This document shows positions 12,001-24,000 of a DNA stretch of 64,000 bases, in pieces. This DNA comes from Eutreptiella sp. 'Long Island Sound 2002' (taxonomy: Eukaryota > Protista > Euglenida): positions 2,976,001-3,040,000 of the forward strand of contig OZ038379.1 in assembly GCA_964036045.1 (NCBI GenBank), read 5' to 3'. The translations under genes and the position numbers were made by a program. Every line of letters begins with the position of its first letter. Positions within the stretch are counted from its first letter, which is position 1. Under the pieces are notes generated by a model. It searched no databases. It was not told the origin of the DNA and saw only the letters and a program-made list of their open reading frames with translations.

Positions 12001-15000
12001 AAAGGTGTTCCAAAACTGCAGTTTCGCAAAAAGACCACGTGTAGCCCATATGTTCAACCATGGTTGGTGGCGGTTGGTGACGGTTGGTGGTGGTTGGTGG
12101 TCGGTGGCGGTTGGCAGCGGTTGGTGGTAGGCGGCGGTTGGCAGCGGTTGGTGGTTGGTGGCGGTTGGCCGTTGGTGGTCGCTGGGGGCGGTCCTTAAGG
12201 GCGGTCCTTACTAAAAAAAAATTGGGTTCCTTCAGGACCCCCCTGCACAGGAGGATATCCCTCTTCGAGATGGGTGCCCCCCAAGCAAACAAGGTTTACA
12301 GGCCCCCGCATTGTGGCAGATTTCTGTCATAATATGACAACCCCCCCGATGGAACACTGTTGTTGTGATTTAAGGGGAGCTGCCATCTGAACCAAGCTGA
12401 AGTGCGCATCAACCTCGGATTGTGGGGTTTGTCATTCTGTTGGGCACATTGTGCGTGCTCTTGGAGGCATGACCCCTCGGAGGACCCACCCAGAGCCCCC
12501 CCCCCCCCCCCCTGCAACTTAATTCTGATCATAAGCGAGAGCTGCACCCCATAGTCAAGTTGGAGCTGCCCCCCGTGCAATGCAGCGGGCTACAAGAGTG
12601 ATGCAGGCACAAGCCCTGGTATCCCCCCAAGAGCCAAGGGGGTAGTTCTGAACGTTCATGAGTGCCCCATCCCCCGTTTTGGTGTTGAGAAGGGTGGACC
12701 ATCCTCCAACCCCCGCTGTGGGGCACAGCCCCTTCCAGAGACCAGCAGCGGAGATGGACGGCAGAGATGCACCGGACACCTGTACGGGGTGTGGCGCTGT
12801 GCAGTGTACAGCGCATGCACCACATTGCCCAGCGCGGTCAGGGATTTGTTGATGCATATCATCTCTTGCAACGCGTCACCTGCACACAGCAATAAGGCAA
12901 CATGACTGGCGGACCAGCAATAAGACGCACACACCCACGGACCTTCTGGAACATTTCACTGCCATTGCACAGAACAGCACCGTGAGGACTCTTCAAAAGC
13001 AGGGGTTGCCCTGACGCAGAAACAAAAAGCCCGTCTTGTGGTTTTGCAGCCCAAAACCAACACCACCTCCTTCAAGGGGGTCGAACAGCCCAAAAGAGGA
13101 AATGCGGCTGACAGAGACTGCCGTTTTATCGTTCAATACCCTCAGAAAACTGCCAAGGACCGTCCACCGGTTGTCGGTTGAGCATCAAACGTCGAACTAA
13201 AATCGGGTCCCCCAGTAACACGGTGCAGACACCCTCCGTATCATGCGCACACCGTCTCTGAGACAAGGGGTGGGGGGGATGGGGGGCAGCTGTATGTGGG
13301 GTGGGGTCCGCCAGATCCTCCCCCCCCCCCGCCTTGGATAAGCACATCCCTGCTTGGGGCCACGGCCAGCGCGGTGAGGAGGCAGTGGTTCCGCTCCTCG
13401 CCGCACATCCAGTCTCCGCTTGTTTCTGTGCTGACGGGATGGACAGGCAGAGACGGGAGGCCCCGCAGTAAGTGGCAGATGGAGGAAGGCGGTGGCCGGA
13501 GGTGCAGAATGCGCAGCCGGGGGCTGGACTTGAGAGGCGAGGGCGGTTTGGGGGGCAGAGGCGATGCGGGCCGCAGCAGAGGCAGGCCAAACCACCCCCC
13601 CAACTCAAAAACAAAAACCTCAGAGGAAAGGGAAATATAAAATTTTGAGTAGAGCCAACTTTGAGAGGCCATTTTAGGTACACAAACTTGTTTTTGCCCT
13701 CACACCCACCGACGTAGGCCGGACTCTAAGCACAGGGGCAACCGGGCTTTCAATTGAGGGGGGGGGGTCGATAGAGCCCCCCTGGCTAGACCCCACTCTC
13801 CCCCCAAAAAAGACGGGACCCCCAAAATCCTACCGAGACTGACCCCTGGGCCTCGGAGGTGACCCGGACCCAAAAATCGGCAAAAAATGAAAATGAGATT
13901 TTTGGAATCAGCAAGTCGAGGGGGTTCAGAAAAGTCATCATTTTCCAGATATTTGGTGAAAAAACAATTGACCATGCTTGATGCTCAAAAAAAATTTGGC
14001 GCCTTTGGCGCCAGAGTTCATAATGACTGAGTAATGGTTCTGTCAATTGAGCCCTTTTCCCTGCCCCCCCCCCCCACTTTTGGGGGGCTCTATTGACCCC
14101 CCCCCCCCCTCAGTTGAAAGCCCGCTTGCCCCAACTCTGGCCCCGAGGCCTCCACCAAATGCACTCCCGTGCGTTGAATCAGACCCCCCCCCCCTCCTCA
14201 AACCTGCACCACCTTCACCCCCGACCCCCCTCGGACTGTTGCATCATGCACCCGGACACAGGGGTGAAGGGGCCGGGTTGTGTACACCCGCGTGTGCCGG
14301 CCCAAATTTCAGCCACCACAAAGCGAGGGTGCAGGCCGTGGGCTGGTTCCCCTTGGGGACCAGGAAACAGGGGAGCAGACCTTTTGCTGCCCCTACCCCC
14401 CCCAACAGAAATGGGGCCGGACCGAAAGCAGGCCTGGAAACCCTCCCCCCAGCATGCCCTCGCACCCTCACTGCAGGCCGACACATGGTGATCGAGGTCC
14501 CTCCCCTCCCGGAAAGGGGGCACCGCCAAACGACGAGTATGTTGGGATCTGGGACCCGCACGGTAACCCAGCAGGTGGTCCTCCTCTCCTAAACAAGTGA
14601 GCACCACGTGCTAATGAACGGACAGGTAGACCCATCCACCACTCTACCCCTGCCCCCCCGCCTGCGCCCCCGACGGGAGGGATGCACGGAGGCGGCGCCC
14701 TCAGGGCCTGAAAAGTGAAGGCTGTGAAGGGCTCACAGCTTGACCGCTGTGGGTATCCCTTGAGCGGCCTGCCCAGGGAACCTCCAAGTGTGCCTATGCC
14801 CCTCCAACTTCATCACAGACACCTAAGCCAGCACAGCCCCGTGCACTCCAGTGCACTCCAGTGCAGTTGTGGGCGACCCAACAGACAGCCACCTGCCGAC
14901 CCCTGCCCCCCCCCCCCCCCCTCCCAGAGGGAGCGGTCACTTGGGTGGTGTGCCCTCTTGGCCCCCACGCTTACATGGACAGTAGCACCGCCACTCGGGT

Positions 15001-18000
15001 GAACAACCCGGGCAGGCCCGGGGGCAGGGACGTGCCCCGGGGCCCCTCCAACCGCGCAGCAAATCCACCGTGGGACGCCACTCAGCCCTGAGCAGCACCA
15101 CCTGTGCCAACGCAGTAAAGGAGTGCGGGCGGCCCCCAGTCGAGTGCAAGGCTTAGCCGCCCCCGTGCCCCAGGCAGTCGTGGGGTGGCCAGCGGCATGT
15201 CAGTTGACCTGGAGGAGGCGTGTCCAGGCCGATGACTCCCCCGGCGGGCTTAGCATCAGGCGCCCACTGCCTCCCTGCCGGCGCCTGGAGCACCAGGCGA
15301 CAAACCGCCCCACACACACATCGCCCCCCCCCCCAGACCCAAAGGCACCCCAGCGGTGTGCACACCACACACACAGGCACGGCGGTATCTCCCTCCCGTG
15401 TGTGCCACCGCGGGGTTCGGGGGCTGTCAGCAGTCCGGCACGCCTTGAGACCGCGACAGCCGGGAGCGCCCAACCCAGTCGAGTCGCGCAGGGACGGTTG
15501 CGCTGACCGTGGGCCTGGTCGTCCGGGGGAGGCGTTGACCCAAACCAAACCAAACCCCCCCCCGCCCCCGCCCCATTGGAACATGTGCACGCGGCATCGG
15601 CCGCGGTGCAGGACGACAAAACCACAGCACGCTGCGGACCTTTCGCTTGGCTGTGCTTCTGTTTCTCGGATCCTGCCAGGTCCACCAAAGCGAACCGAGA
15701 GTGAAGGATGTGCGGCTGCCCTGAGAAGCGGAAGCGTGCAATGGGACGCCACCACCCGCCCTGCCTCTGCCCGGACCCCTCAGCCCTACTTCTGCCACAC
15801 CTCAGCCCTGGCGTGTGCTGGAGCCGGTGGGGGGATGGGGGCTGATCCATGCATCGGGGCGACCGTGCCGGGGCGGTGTTTGACGGCGAAGGGGAAAAAG
15901 GAGCCTCCGGCGTCTGTTACGCTGAGCCCGGCGGGTGTGAAATAAACAACAGCCGTGGGAGGGTAATCGATGGCAGTCGGAGGGTAGATGATGGCGGTTT
16001 GCAGAAAGGGCCGTCTTCATGGGGGCAGTCGTTTGCACAATAAGAAAAGCAAGAGGCCGCCTAAAGACTGTCATGGCACGGCGGTCCTGAAGGACAAAAA
16101 CAAACCCCGTACTTGTGGTCTGTAGACCGGCTGTCATTCAATGGCCCCCCCGCAGCGGTTGGCAGTTGGCCGGCGGCAGTTGGCGCCGAACTGACGGCGG
16201 TTGGCTGTGAAACCAAAAAGTGCGGGGGGTTGCTCTGAAAGACAAACACAAAAACCAGGGCTCCCCAAAAGCCCCCTGCCACTTGCGCACTGCCACACGG
16301 CGGCGAATTCAGTGGTCGAAAGCACCCATTGTGAGCCCAGATTTCAGGACTCAGCACTTCACGACACTCACTGTTCTGCCAAACCCCTGAACCCATACAC
16401 GGCGGTTGTCTGAATTCCGAGGGTTGCGTTGTAAAAATGGTCCACAAAATGTTTGCTTTTCCAACGTTTGCTTCTGTCCCTGAGGAGCTTCTTGTAGGGC
16501 CCATTTTTTGAAAGGTGTGGGGGAAGTGAAACAGCTGGGGGCCAAGCTTTGGCGCTTTCCAAACGTTGATCCGCCGTTGGGGGTGGGCAGCAGCGGTTGG
16601 GGCAGAGTAAATTGCGTTCCCGAAAGAGGGGGGCTACCACTTCCCAGGGATGCGCGTGAGGGGGCCAGGGCAGCTCCCTGGCCTAGTGGCCGAGACCCAC
16701 AGCTCCTCCTGACCCTCCTGTCACCCGTTTGGGGTGAGGGTTCCTTCCGCCCCTCCGCCCCAACCATTTCTGTTCACTCTCAACAGCCCACAAACGTTTC
16801 TGCAACCGCCCAACCTTGACCCCGACAGCTGTTCCAACCACCGGTAACCGCTTTGACAAACCACTGTTGAACACCCCGTTCAGCCGCTCGCAGGTCCCAA
16901 GGAGGTACTGGGGGAGGGGGGTGCCCTTCAAGCGCATGCCTGCCCCTCCTCATGGGGATCTCACTGATGCACCAATGACCCAACAAATGGGCTGGAGAAG
17001 GCAACCAGCACTACACACAGCAAAATATCAAATCATCCAGTGACACGTCCATCTGGAGTTTTGTCTTTGACAAACAGAAGAGGCAAACCGTGGGCCGCCA
17101 AGGCCCTCTTCAGGCCCGCAGGCAATGCAGACCATTGGTGCGCACAGGTCAAGGCCATTGCCGGCAACTCAAAGGCATGCCCAGGCAGGGACTGCGGTCA
17201 TGGGTGGGGTGTGGCCACTGCTGTCATGGTCCAACGTCATGGGCGTGCGTCTATCCGGGTGGGTCCGCCCTGCCTTCCCGGTTTCCAGGCCCAAAGGCGG
17301 TTTCAGCATGACGCCTGCGCGGAGTGCTGTGTGAAGCTGGCGGCGCCTATTGGCCTCTTGCCACTGGCCCGTGTCCTATCCTTGAACCCTTTGCCTCCAC
17401 AGGCAGCGATGCCCATTGGCCTCTCACCACGTTGTGCCCTTGATCCACCGGTCTTGCCTATCCTTACCTCCCTCCTCCCCCTTCCTTCCCCTCCGCAGGT
17501 TGTGCCAACGAAGCCCCCGGACTTTCCCTGCCTCAGCCCTGTGTCGCGTCTATCAAGAGGAGGGCAGCAGCCCTCACCAGTGGCCAGGCGCATCCAGGCA
17601 GACAACCCATACCCTCCCCAATGGCGGCGATTCTTACGCTGTTGGGCCCTGGGATGTCCACTTGCGGGGGAGGTCACTTCCCCAAGGCGTGGGAGGCGGC
17701 TGGACCCAGTCCCGCTGCGAGCCACCCCCCAGCTATCGGTCAAAAACTCTGGGGGGCCTGGGTCCGGGGGGCCACTGGGTGGGTGGGTGGGGCGCTCAAC
17801 GGGGATGGGGTGGTGGGTGGGGTCAAGGGGATTTTTTTGGGGGGGGACAGGAACCTCCCAACATTTGGGTACGCGGCCCAGGTATCCGGACTCACGCACT
17901 GCCCCTAACCAAAAGGATACTCATGATGTGCCACTGGGCTTCACAAAGAGACCACGAAGAGGAGCAGCACAACCTCCACAACCCTGCCGAACAACTTTAA

Positions 18001-21000
18001 ATACTTGTTTGTCCTACATCCCCGCTGCTTAGGGTCGACAACTTCCCTCCGGCAAGGCACCTTGAGAGAGTGCTAGAACACTAGAGTCAGTCAATTAGGC
18101 TGACAGTCAGCCAATCAGTCACTCAGGCAGGCAGGCAGTCAATGAGGCAGGCGGGCATGCTGGCAGAAACACCCAGCTGGGTTTTTTGGGTGTCAGCCAG
18201 CATCTCCAAATGAAAAAGAGGCTCAGTGCTGCAGCGACCGACGGTAGTCGAGTGGAAAAACACCGGCGTCCGAGCGGACCGCGGTTCAATTTCCGGACCG
18301 ATTCGCCGGCCGCGGGGTGGTTTATCCCTCAGCGTTTTGCAGGCAAGGTTCCAATCGCACTAAGCACAAACTTTTGACCCCCCCCCCCTGCCTGAAAAAG
18401 TGGTACCCAAATACGGGGGCAGAGAGCTCAAAATCGAAAAATCCATTCGGGGATCATTTTGTCTCGCAAAATGATGATTTTACAAGGGGTCCAATATCAT
18501 GCAAAAAAGGGGGGTGTATGGCGTCCGTGCCTACACTTGATCTAACCACCTCTCTTTGAGGTGATTTCCCGTGAGTGAGACCAACTATGGTCCTGCCTGT
18601 CACCGCTGGGACCGCTATCTTTCAAAACCCGGGGAGGGGGGGGAGAGGGATACAGGGACCGGGCCCGGCTGCCCCCCAGATACGTGTGACTTGCGTTTGT
18701 TTATCGTTTCGTGGATTGATGGTGTCCTTTGCAGGAGGGGTGCCCGGGAATGCAGGGATTACCCCCCCCCCCCCCCCGTGCCTGCCCCCCACTGTAAATA
18801 CCCAGGCTGACGGACAGCACCTGCGATCGGGATAATGGAGTTGTTGGGCCCCGTTCGAGGCAGTATGCCGTTGTTGTTGGGACTGGAGGCCGAGGGCTGC
18901 GGCCGCAGCTGCCCCATGCTGGACGTCCTGCTCTCCGCCTTCAGGCTGGGGACGGAGGTGGAGCGGAACGAGGCCGCCCTCCGGGGGGGGAGGGCCGTGG
19001 TCGGGGACTTGATGGTGTACCCCCCCCGGAATGTGCGCGCGTTGCTCAGCTTCTGGTCCGCTGTGTCCGCGGAAAGCGTGAACGATTCCGCGTCGATGCT
19101 GCCGGGCTTCCCCTCGGAGTCGTCGCTGTCCGGCGTCAGAAAGAGGATCGAGGCTGGAGGGGGGGCGGGGCTGCTGGGGGTGACCTGTGGATAGAGTGGC
19201 TGCAGAGTACAGAGGGAACGTGTAAAGTGAAGGTACGAAGAAACAATGCAGAGTGACACTAAGAACAGAGTGACAGCATCCGTGACAATACCAGGCCTTG
19301 TGTTGCGGAGGGGATGGGGATGTTTTGGAGAAGACCCGCCCGCGTGAGATCAGACCCAGCCCCGCCCCCCCAAAAAAACATTCCGAAAAATTCTTGAAAT
19401 CAAATTACAGTCGCTCTTCCAGTGCTGCCCAACAGGTGGCCTGCCAAAAATGTATGCATTTAAGTCTACAGAAGCCTTCTCGATTGCTTTCTTCCTCCTT
19501 GTCGTCATGCAGGCACCATGCAGAAATCTCCGTGTGCGTGTGGGGCATTTGATGATTCGGCTGACCGGGCTAAGAGTGACCAGCGTAACAAGTGTGAGAA
19601 GGCAAGGAAAATCATGCAGTCTCTCGACTTTCCCAGGTGAGCTCAGCAAGGCTAGCGGAAAGTACAGCAACAGTCATCTCCAGCTCCGGCTCCAGTAGCA
19701 GCAGATCCAGTATCCAGTGGCACCAACACGAGCAGCAAAACCACTTTAATTCTTCTCGGGACAGTGGTCAGCAACTGCAGCAATCAGCAAACAACAGCGG
19801 CATCAGCTCCAATGGCAGCAGTGGCAGCAGTCTGACTACAAGCGAAGAAGGTGTGGCGGGTGTGGCAGGGTCGCGGTCTGTGGGAGCGCCGCAGGCGCTG
19901 TAGGGTAAGGGTAATGAGCTTTAGGGTAATTAGCAGCGCACTAATTTCCCTCAACTTTGGGTGAAAGAAGTAGGTCCAACGGGCACAATGGCGAGGCGCA
20001 ATACTCAAAAAGGAGAGAAGTGTTGCAATAACCCTTATCCTAAGACCCGCATCTCTCATCCTCCTGGGAGAACACAGCAGGCATCGTTGTCTAACTGGTT
20101 CCTCTTGGTGCCTATCGCTCCAGGGAACTCCGGTGCTGTTCCCTCTACGTGCCCCCAGTGCGACGGGGGGTGCTGTTCCTGTTGTATCCCCAACCGCAGG
20201 CAGAGGGCCCAGCGCCACTGTGCCGATGCGTTCGGGCGGCATGGCAGCCGTGTGTCCCGGACCCACACGCTCATTTCTGCACATGCATCTCACGTGCAGG
20301 GGCAGTCCGCCCGGCGGCGGTGATGAAGTAGGGGGGAAGGGGGGGCGGCGGTGCAGGGGAAATGTCAGGAAATGGAGGCGTTTGCCATGAAGGCCACGGG
20401 GGGCGGACAGGTGTAGGTGTAGGTGTAGCGTGACCTGACGATATAGGCTTTTCTTGGAAGCCGCACGCCCCGACGGTTGGCGGGAGGTCTCCGTCTAGCA
20501 CTAGAGGGGCCCCTCACCCAAGGGCCTCTCCACGCGCTGTGTTTCTTGCCGGCTGTTTCGCTCTTTGTCGCGCCGCTCGCTGCACCCCGCGCACTACATG
20601 CTCATGCCTCGCAACTTGGTGCCACCACTTGTTGGGCTTTGTACCACCACTTGGTGGGCTTTGTGCCACCACGCAGTGGACTTTGTGCCACCACTTGGTG
20701 GGCTTTGTGCCACCACACGGTGGGCTGTGTGTGTGGGGGCGGACAGGGGGGACGGGAAAGAATGGGGTGGGGCCCAGGATTGTGCAGGAGTGTGGAGGTG
20801 TGCTGGGGTGTGGAGGGGGTGTGGGCGTGGAGTGGGGAGGCTATGCAAGGGTCTGCGGACGTGTTGAGGTATGTGAAGGGGTGTGGAGGGGCAGAGGGGT
20901 GTGCCGGCCTGTGGCGTCACAGTGCCCCTGTGCTCTGGTGCCTCCTGACGGGGATCTGGGTCATGAAACCCCGCCCCCTGTGTGACATTCCGTCTGGTTG

Positions 21001-24000
21001 TTGCTCCTTTACGGGGCCCTGGACGGTCACCCGTTCTTCCCTTCACATGTTGCGTCGGGTCGCTACTTTCTGTCGGCAGCTGCGGCCGGTGCTCTTGCTG
21101 GTGTCGTTTCCGCGTTCGCGGAGCCCAGTAGTTGGTGTCTTGGGGCTGTGCTGGGTGTGGCATGGTGTGCCGTTTGCGTGTCAGCGGCGCCCAATAGTTG
21201 GCGTATTGAGCCCCCCCCCCCCCCCCGTCTTCAGGTGCTGAGCTGCGTGCCTCACTAAGGGGCGCTCTGAGCAGTGGATATACGCCGCAACAAGACTCCC
21301 CTCTCGACCTGGACCTCTGGCCGTGTGGGCGGGGGGGGGGGGGGAGACCTAATCAAAGAACAGACAAATGCAAACCGGAGGTCATGCACTCCACAGTAAG
21401 GCACAAGTGCATCTTTATTCTCTATGTCAAACCGGCTTAAACCTCAAGACACACGCTGTATCTGAAACAGAAAACACAAGATTGTGTCTGACTACAGTTA
21501 GTCAGGCAGTCACAGGCAGTAGCTGTCAGTCAGACATTAGCAGTCAGTGTCGGATAAAGAAACCATGCATCACCGGCAGGGCCGAAAAGAGCTTCATGCC
21601 GCTTGCCGGCTGCAAAAGACTCCTGGGGGATGAGACCTAGAAGTGCGGATGGGGTGGGGGGGTGGGGGGGGCAGTGGCTGTTGCCAGCAGTATCATGGCC
21701 TGCCAGACCCGCCCACGTGCACAGACGAGCGCTTGCCTCAGCGGTCGCAGACCGCCAATATCCGCCAGAGCCCGCCCCCGCCAAGTGACCGCCACCCACC
21801 GACGGTTGACCGCCCGCTGCCGTCGGTAAGCGCTGCCCATGGACCCCCCCATCTCCCGCACCGCCGACTGCAGCGCGTTGCTTTTCGAGTCAAGAGGCCC
21901 TCCCTCTTCAGCCACAGCCTCGGACCTGCTGCCGGTAGACATTGATCAACAGCAGCGCGTGGCTGCGGCTCGAGGCGTCGTTCATCGCGGTGGACCGCGC
22001 GGAGCGCTTCTGCATCGCGATCTTGTAGCACCGGAATGCGTCCTCCAGGTTGGAGATCTCCACCTACGGACCGGACCCACACAGCGGCAGCGACCCGGGC
22101 GGACACACTACGTACCTCCCACTGCCCGGCCGCATAGCAGGCCGGCCGGTCGGGGAAATTCATTAGTTAATGCTAATAACACTCAGTTTGACATGACCAA
22201 TGACAACGGTAATTCCACTTCCACATCCGCATGCGCATCCATCTCCGCATCCACATCAGTTATCTCCATTGATATCCACATTCAGCACTCGGCGTGCACA
22301 TCCGCATGCGCATGCGCATCCACCTCCACCTCCACATGCAAGCGCGTGTGCATGCGTACGTGCACACGCACACCTCTGTTAGGTTCGGCATTTTGACTTC
22401 GTCATCGGTCATCACAACCTGCACTTCAGAGTTGCCAATGTCTTGCCGACTCAACAAATCCCGGACCTGAGATTCAAATGCAACAAGATGCCTGGAAACG
22501 CTGTGTACACACGCTGTAGAATATGGACATGCAAAAGGAGAGCGGCGCAACATACAAACACCCCCACCCACTTTGCCAGTCCACTGCCATATCTGTGGGA
22601 CAATGCCATGCAGTTCGCATCTGCATCCACCACCAATCTACTCCGAATGGGGGTGTACACGGGCCTGTTAGGGAGTGTCTGCCCTGCCGGTGCTCGAAGG
22701 GACAGGCACAAGGATGGCACGGGGAGCAGGGGGGCGAGTGCCATGTTGGCCCCACTGCTTACAAATGCAGCATTTTGCCTCCTAAGCCTTGTGGAGGGGG
22801 TGGGAGGAGGAGGGCTTGCGCTTTTGGGCCGGAGAAGGCGTGGTCCTGTTCCTGGGTGACCTGCATAAGGGCCCTTCGTGTGGCACCCGAATTCCTGTTG
22901 TCAGCAATGCAATGGGACCAGCAACGCCATGCAGAATGGACTGTCGACCAACCACACCAACAGTCTCTCTATCCGGAGGGAGGGGGGAGGGATCAGGGGA
23001 AAGATGAGGATGAAAATATCGATGATAAATATGATGGTGATGATGATATTGGGGCCTGTTCCAGGCCTCTTCCAAGAACATGGCTGGGAATCGACTACGA
23101 CTGCGTTGCCTTGTTTGGGCCCGCCAAGACGACAAAGATGGAATTCGGAAAGGGTCACGTAGACAACCTGAACATGTTATTACAGGTTTGACCCACACTT
23201 GGCGCGGGAATCTGGAAAATCTGTTTGTCCTGCTGCTTCGGAAACGGGGGCTTGGTCCTGGGAAGCACCCCCCTCTCTGTTCTACAGCGTTACCATGCAA
23301 CCCCCCTCCATCGGAGGTAACAGTCGTGTGTTCCGTCGCGGCCGCGCCTGGTCGTCCCCAACATCCCACCCACAGCGCGTTGCAACCGCCGGACCTCCCC
23401 CCACCGCCCCCTATCCAAACCGCTTTTCCAATGACTCGTCACCGCTTTGAAACCACCATTGAAAAAACAAACCCGTTGGAGCGCACTCCCCACCACGGGC
23501 CCAGCGCCCACAGCAGCACCTGCTCGTTGTAGACCTCCACCACCGACAGGGAGAACAGAATGTGCTGCTGGTGCTTCTTGCGCTTCTTGCAGAGCAGCAA
23601 ATCGCGGAAGATCCGCAGGTACATCCCCGTATCCCGCGCCACGAGGCCCAGGTCGGAGCCCGACAGCGGGTTGTGGTTCACAAAGCCCAGCGCCGTGAAC
23701 GTTTTGCCGGAGCCGGTCTGGCCGTAGCACATGGCGGTAGCGTTGGTGCCGTCCAAGACATCGTCCACCAGGTCCATCACCTGCCAAAAGGTGGAAGGGC
23801 GTGGGCGTGCGGCAGACCCATTTGCCAGCGCCTTGAGCAGGGCTGTGCTTAAAGGGGGGGATTGGGGAGGGAGGGTCTGGGACCCAAAAATTTGTGTACC
23901 AAAAATGGCCCGACCAGATTTTCTCCCTAGCAAATTTCGTTTTTCCCACTGTGGTCACTTTGGTCTGGGCCTATAGAGCAACGGATACAGAGCTCGCATA

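Noticed and set aside
17040-18032. 330-aa plus-strand ORF and similar GC-rich intronic ORFs (4604-6028, 10050-11228, 53957-55075)
   Set aside because: Composed of dispersed repeats and poly-G/C tracts or antisense to real exons; no recognisable domains.
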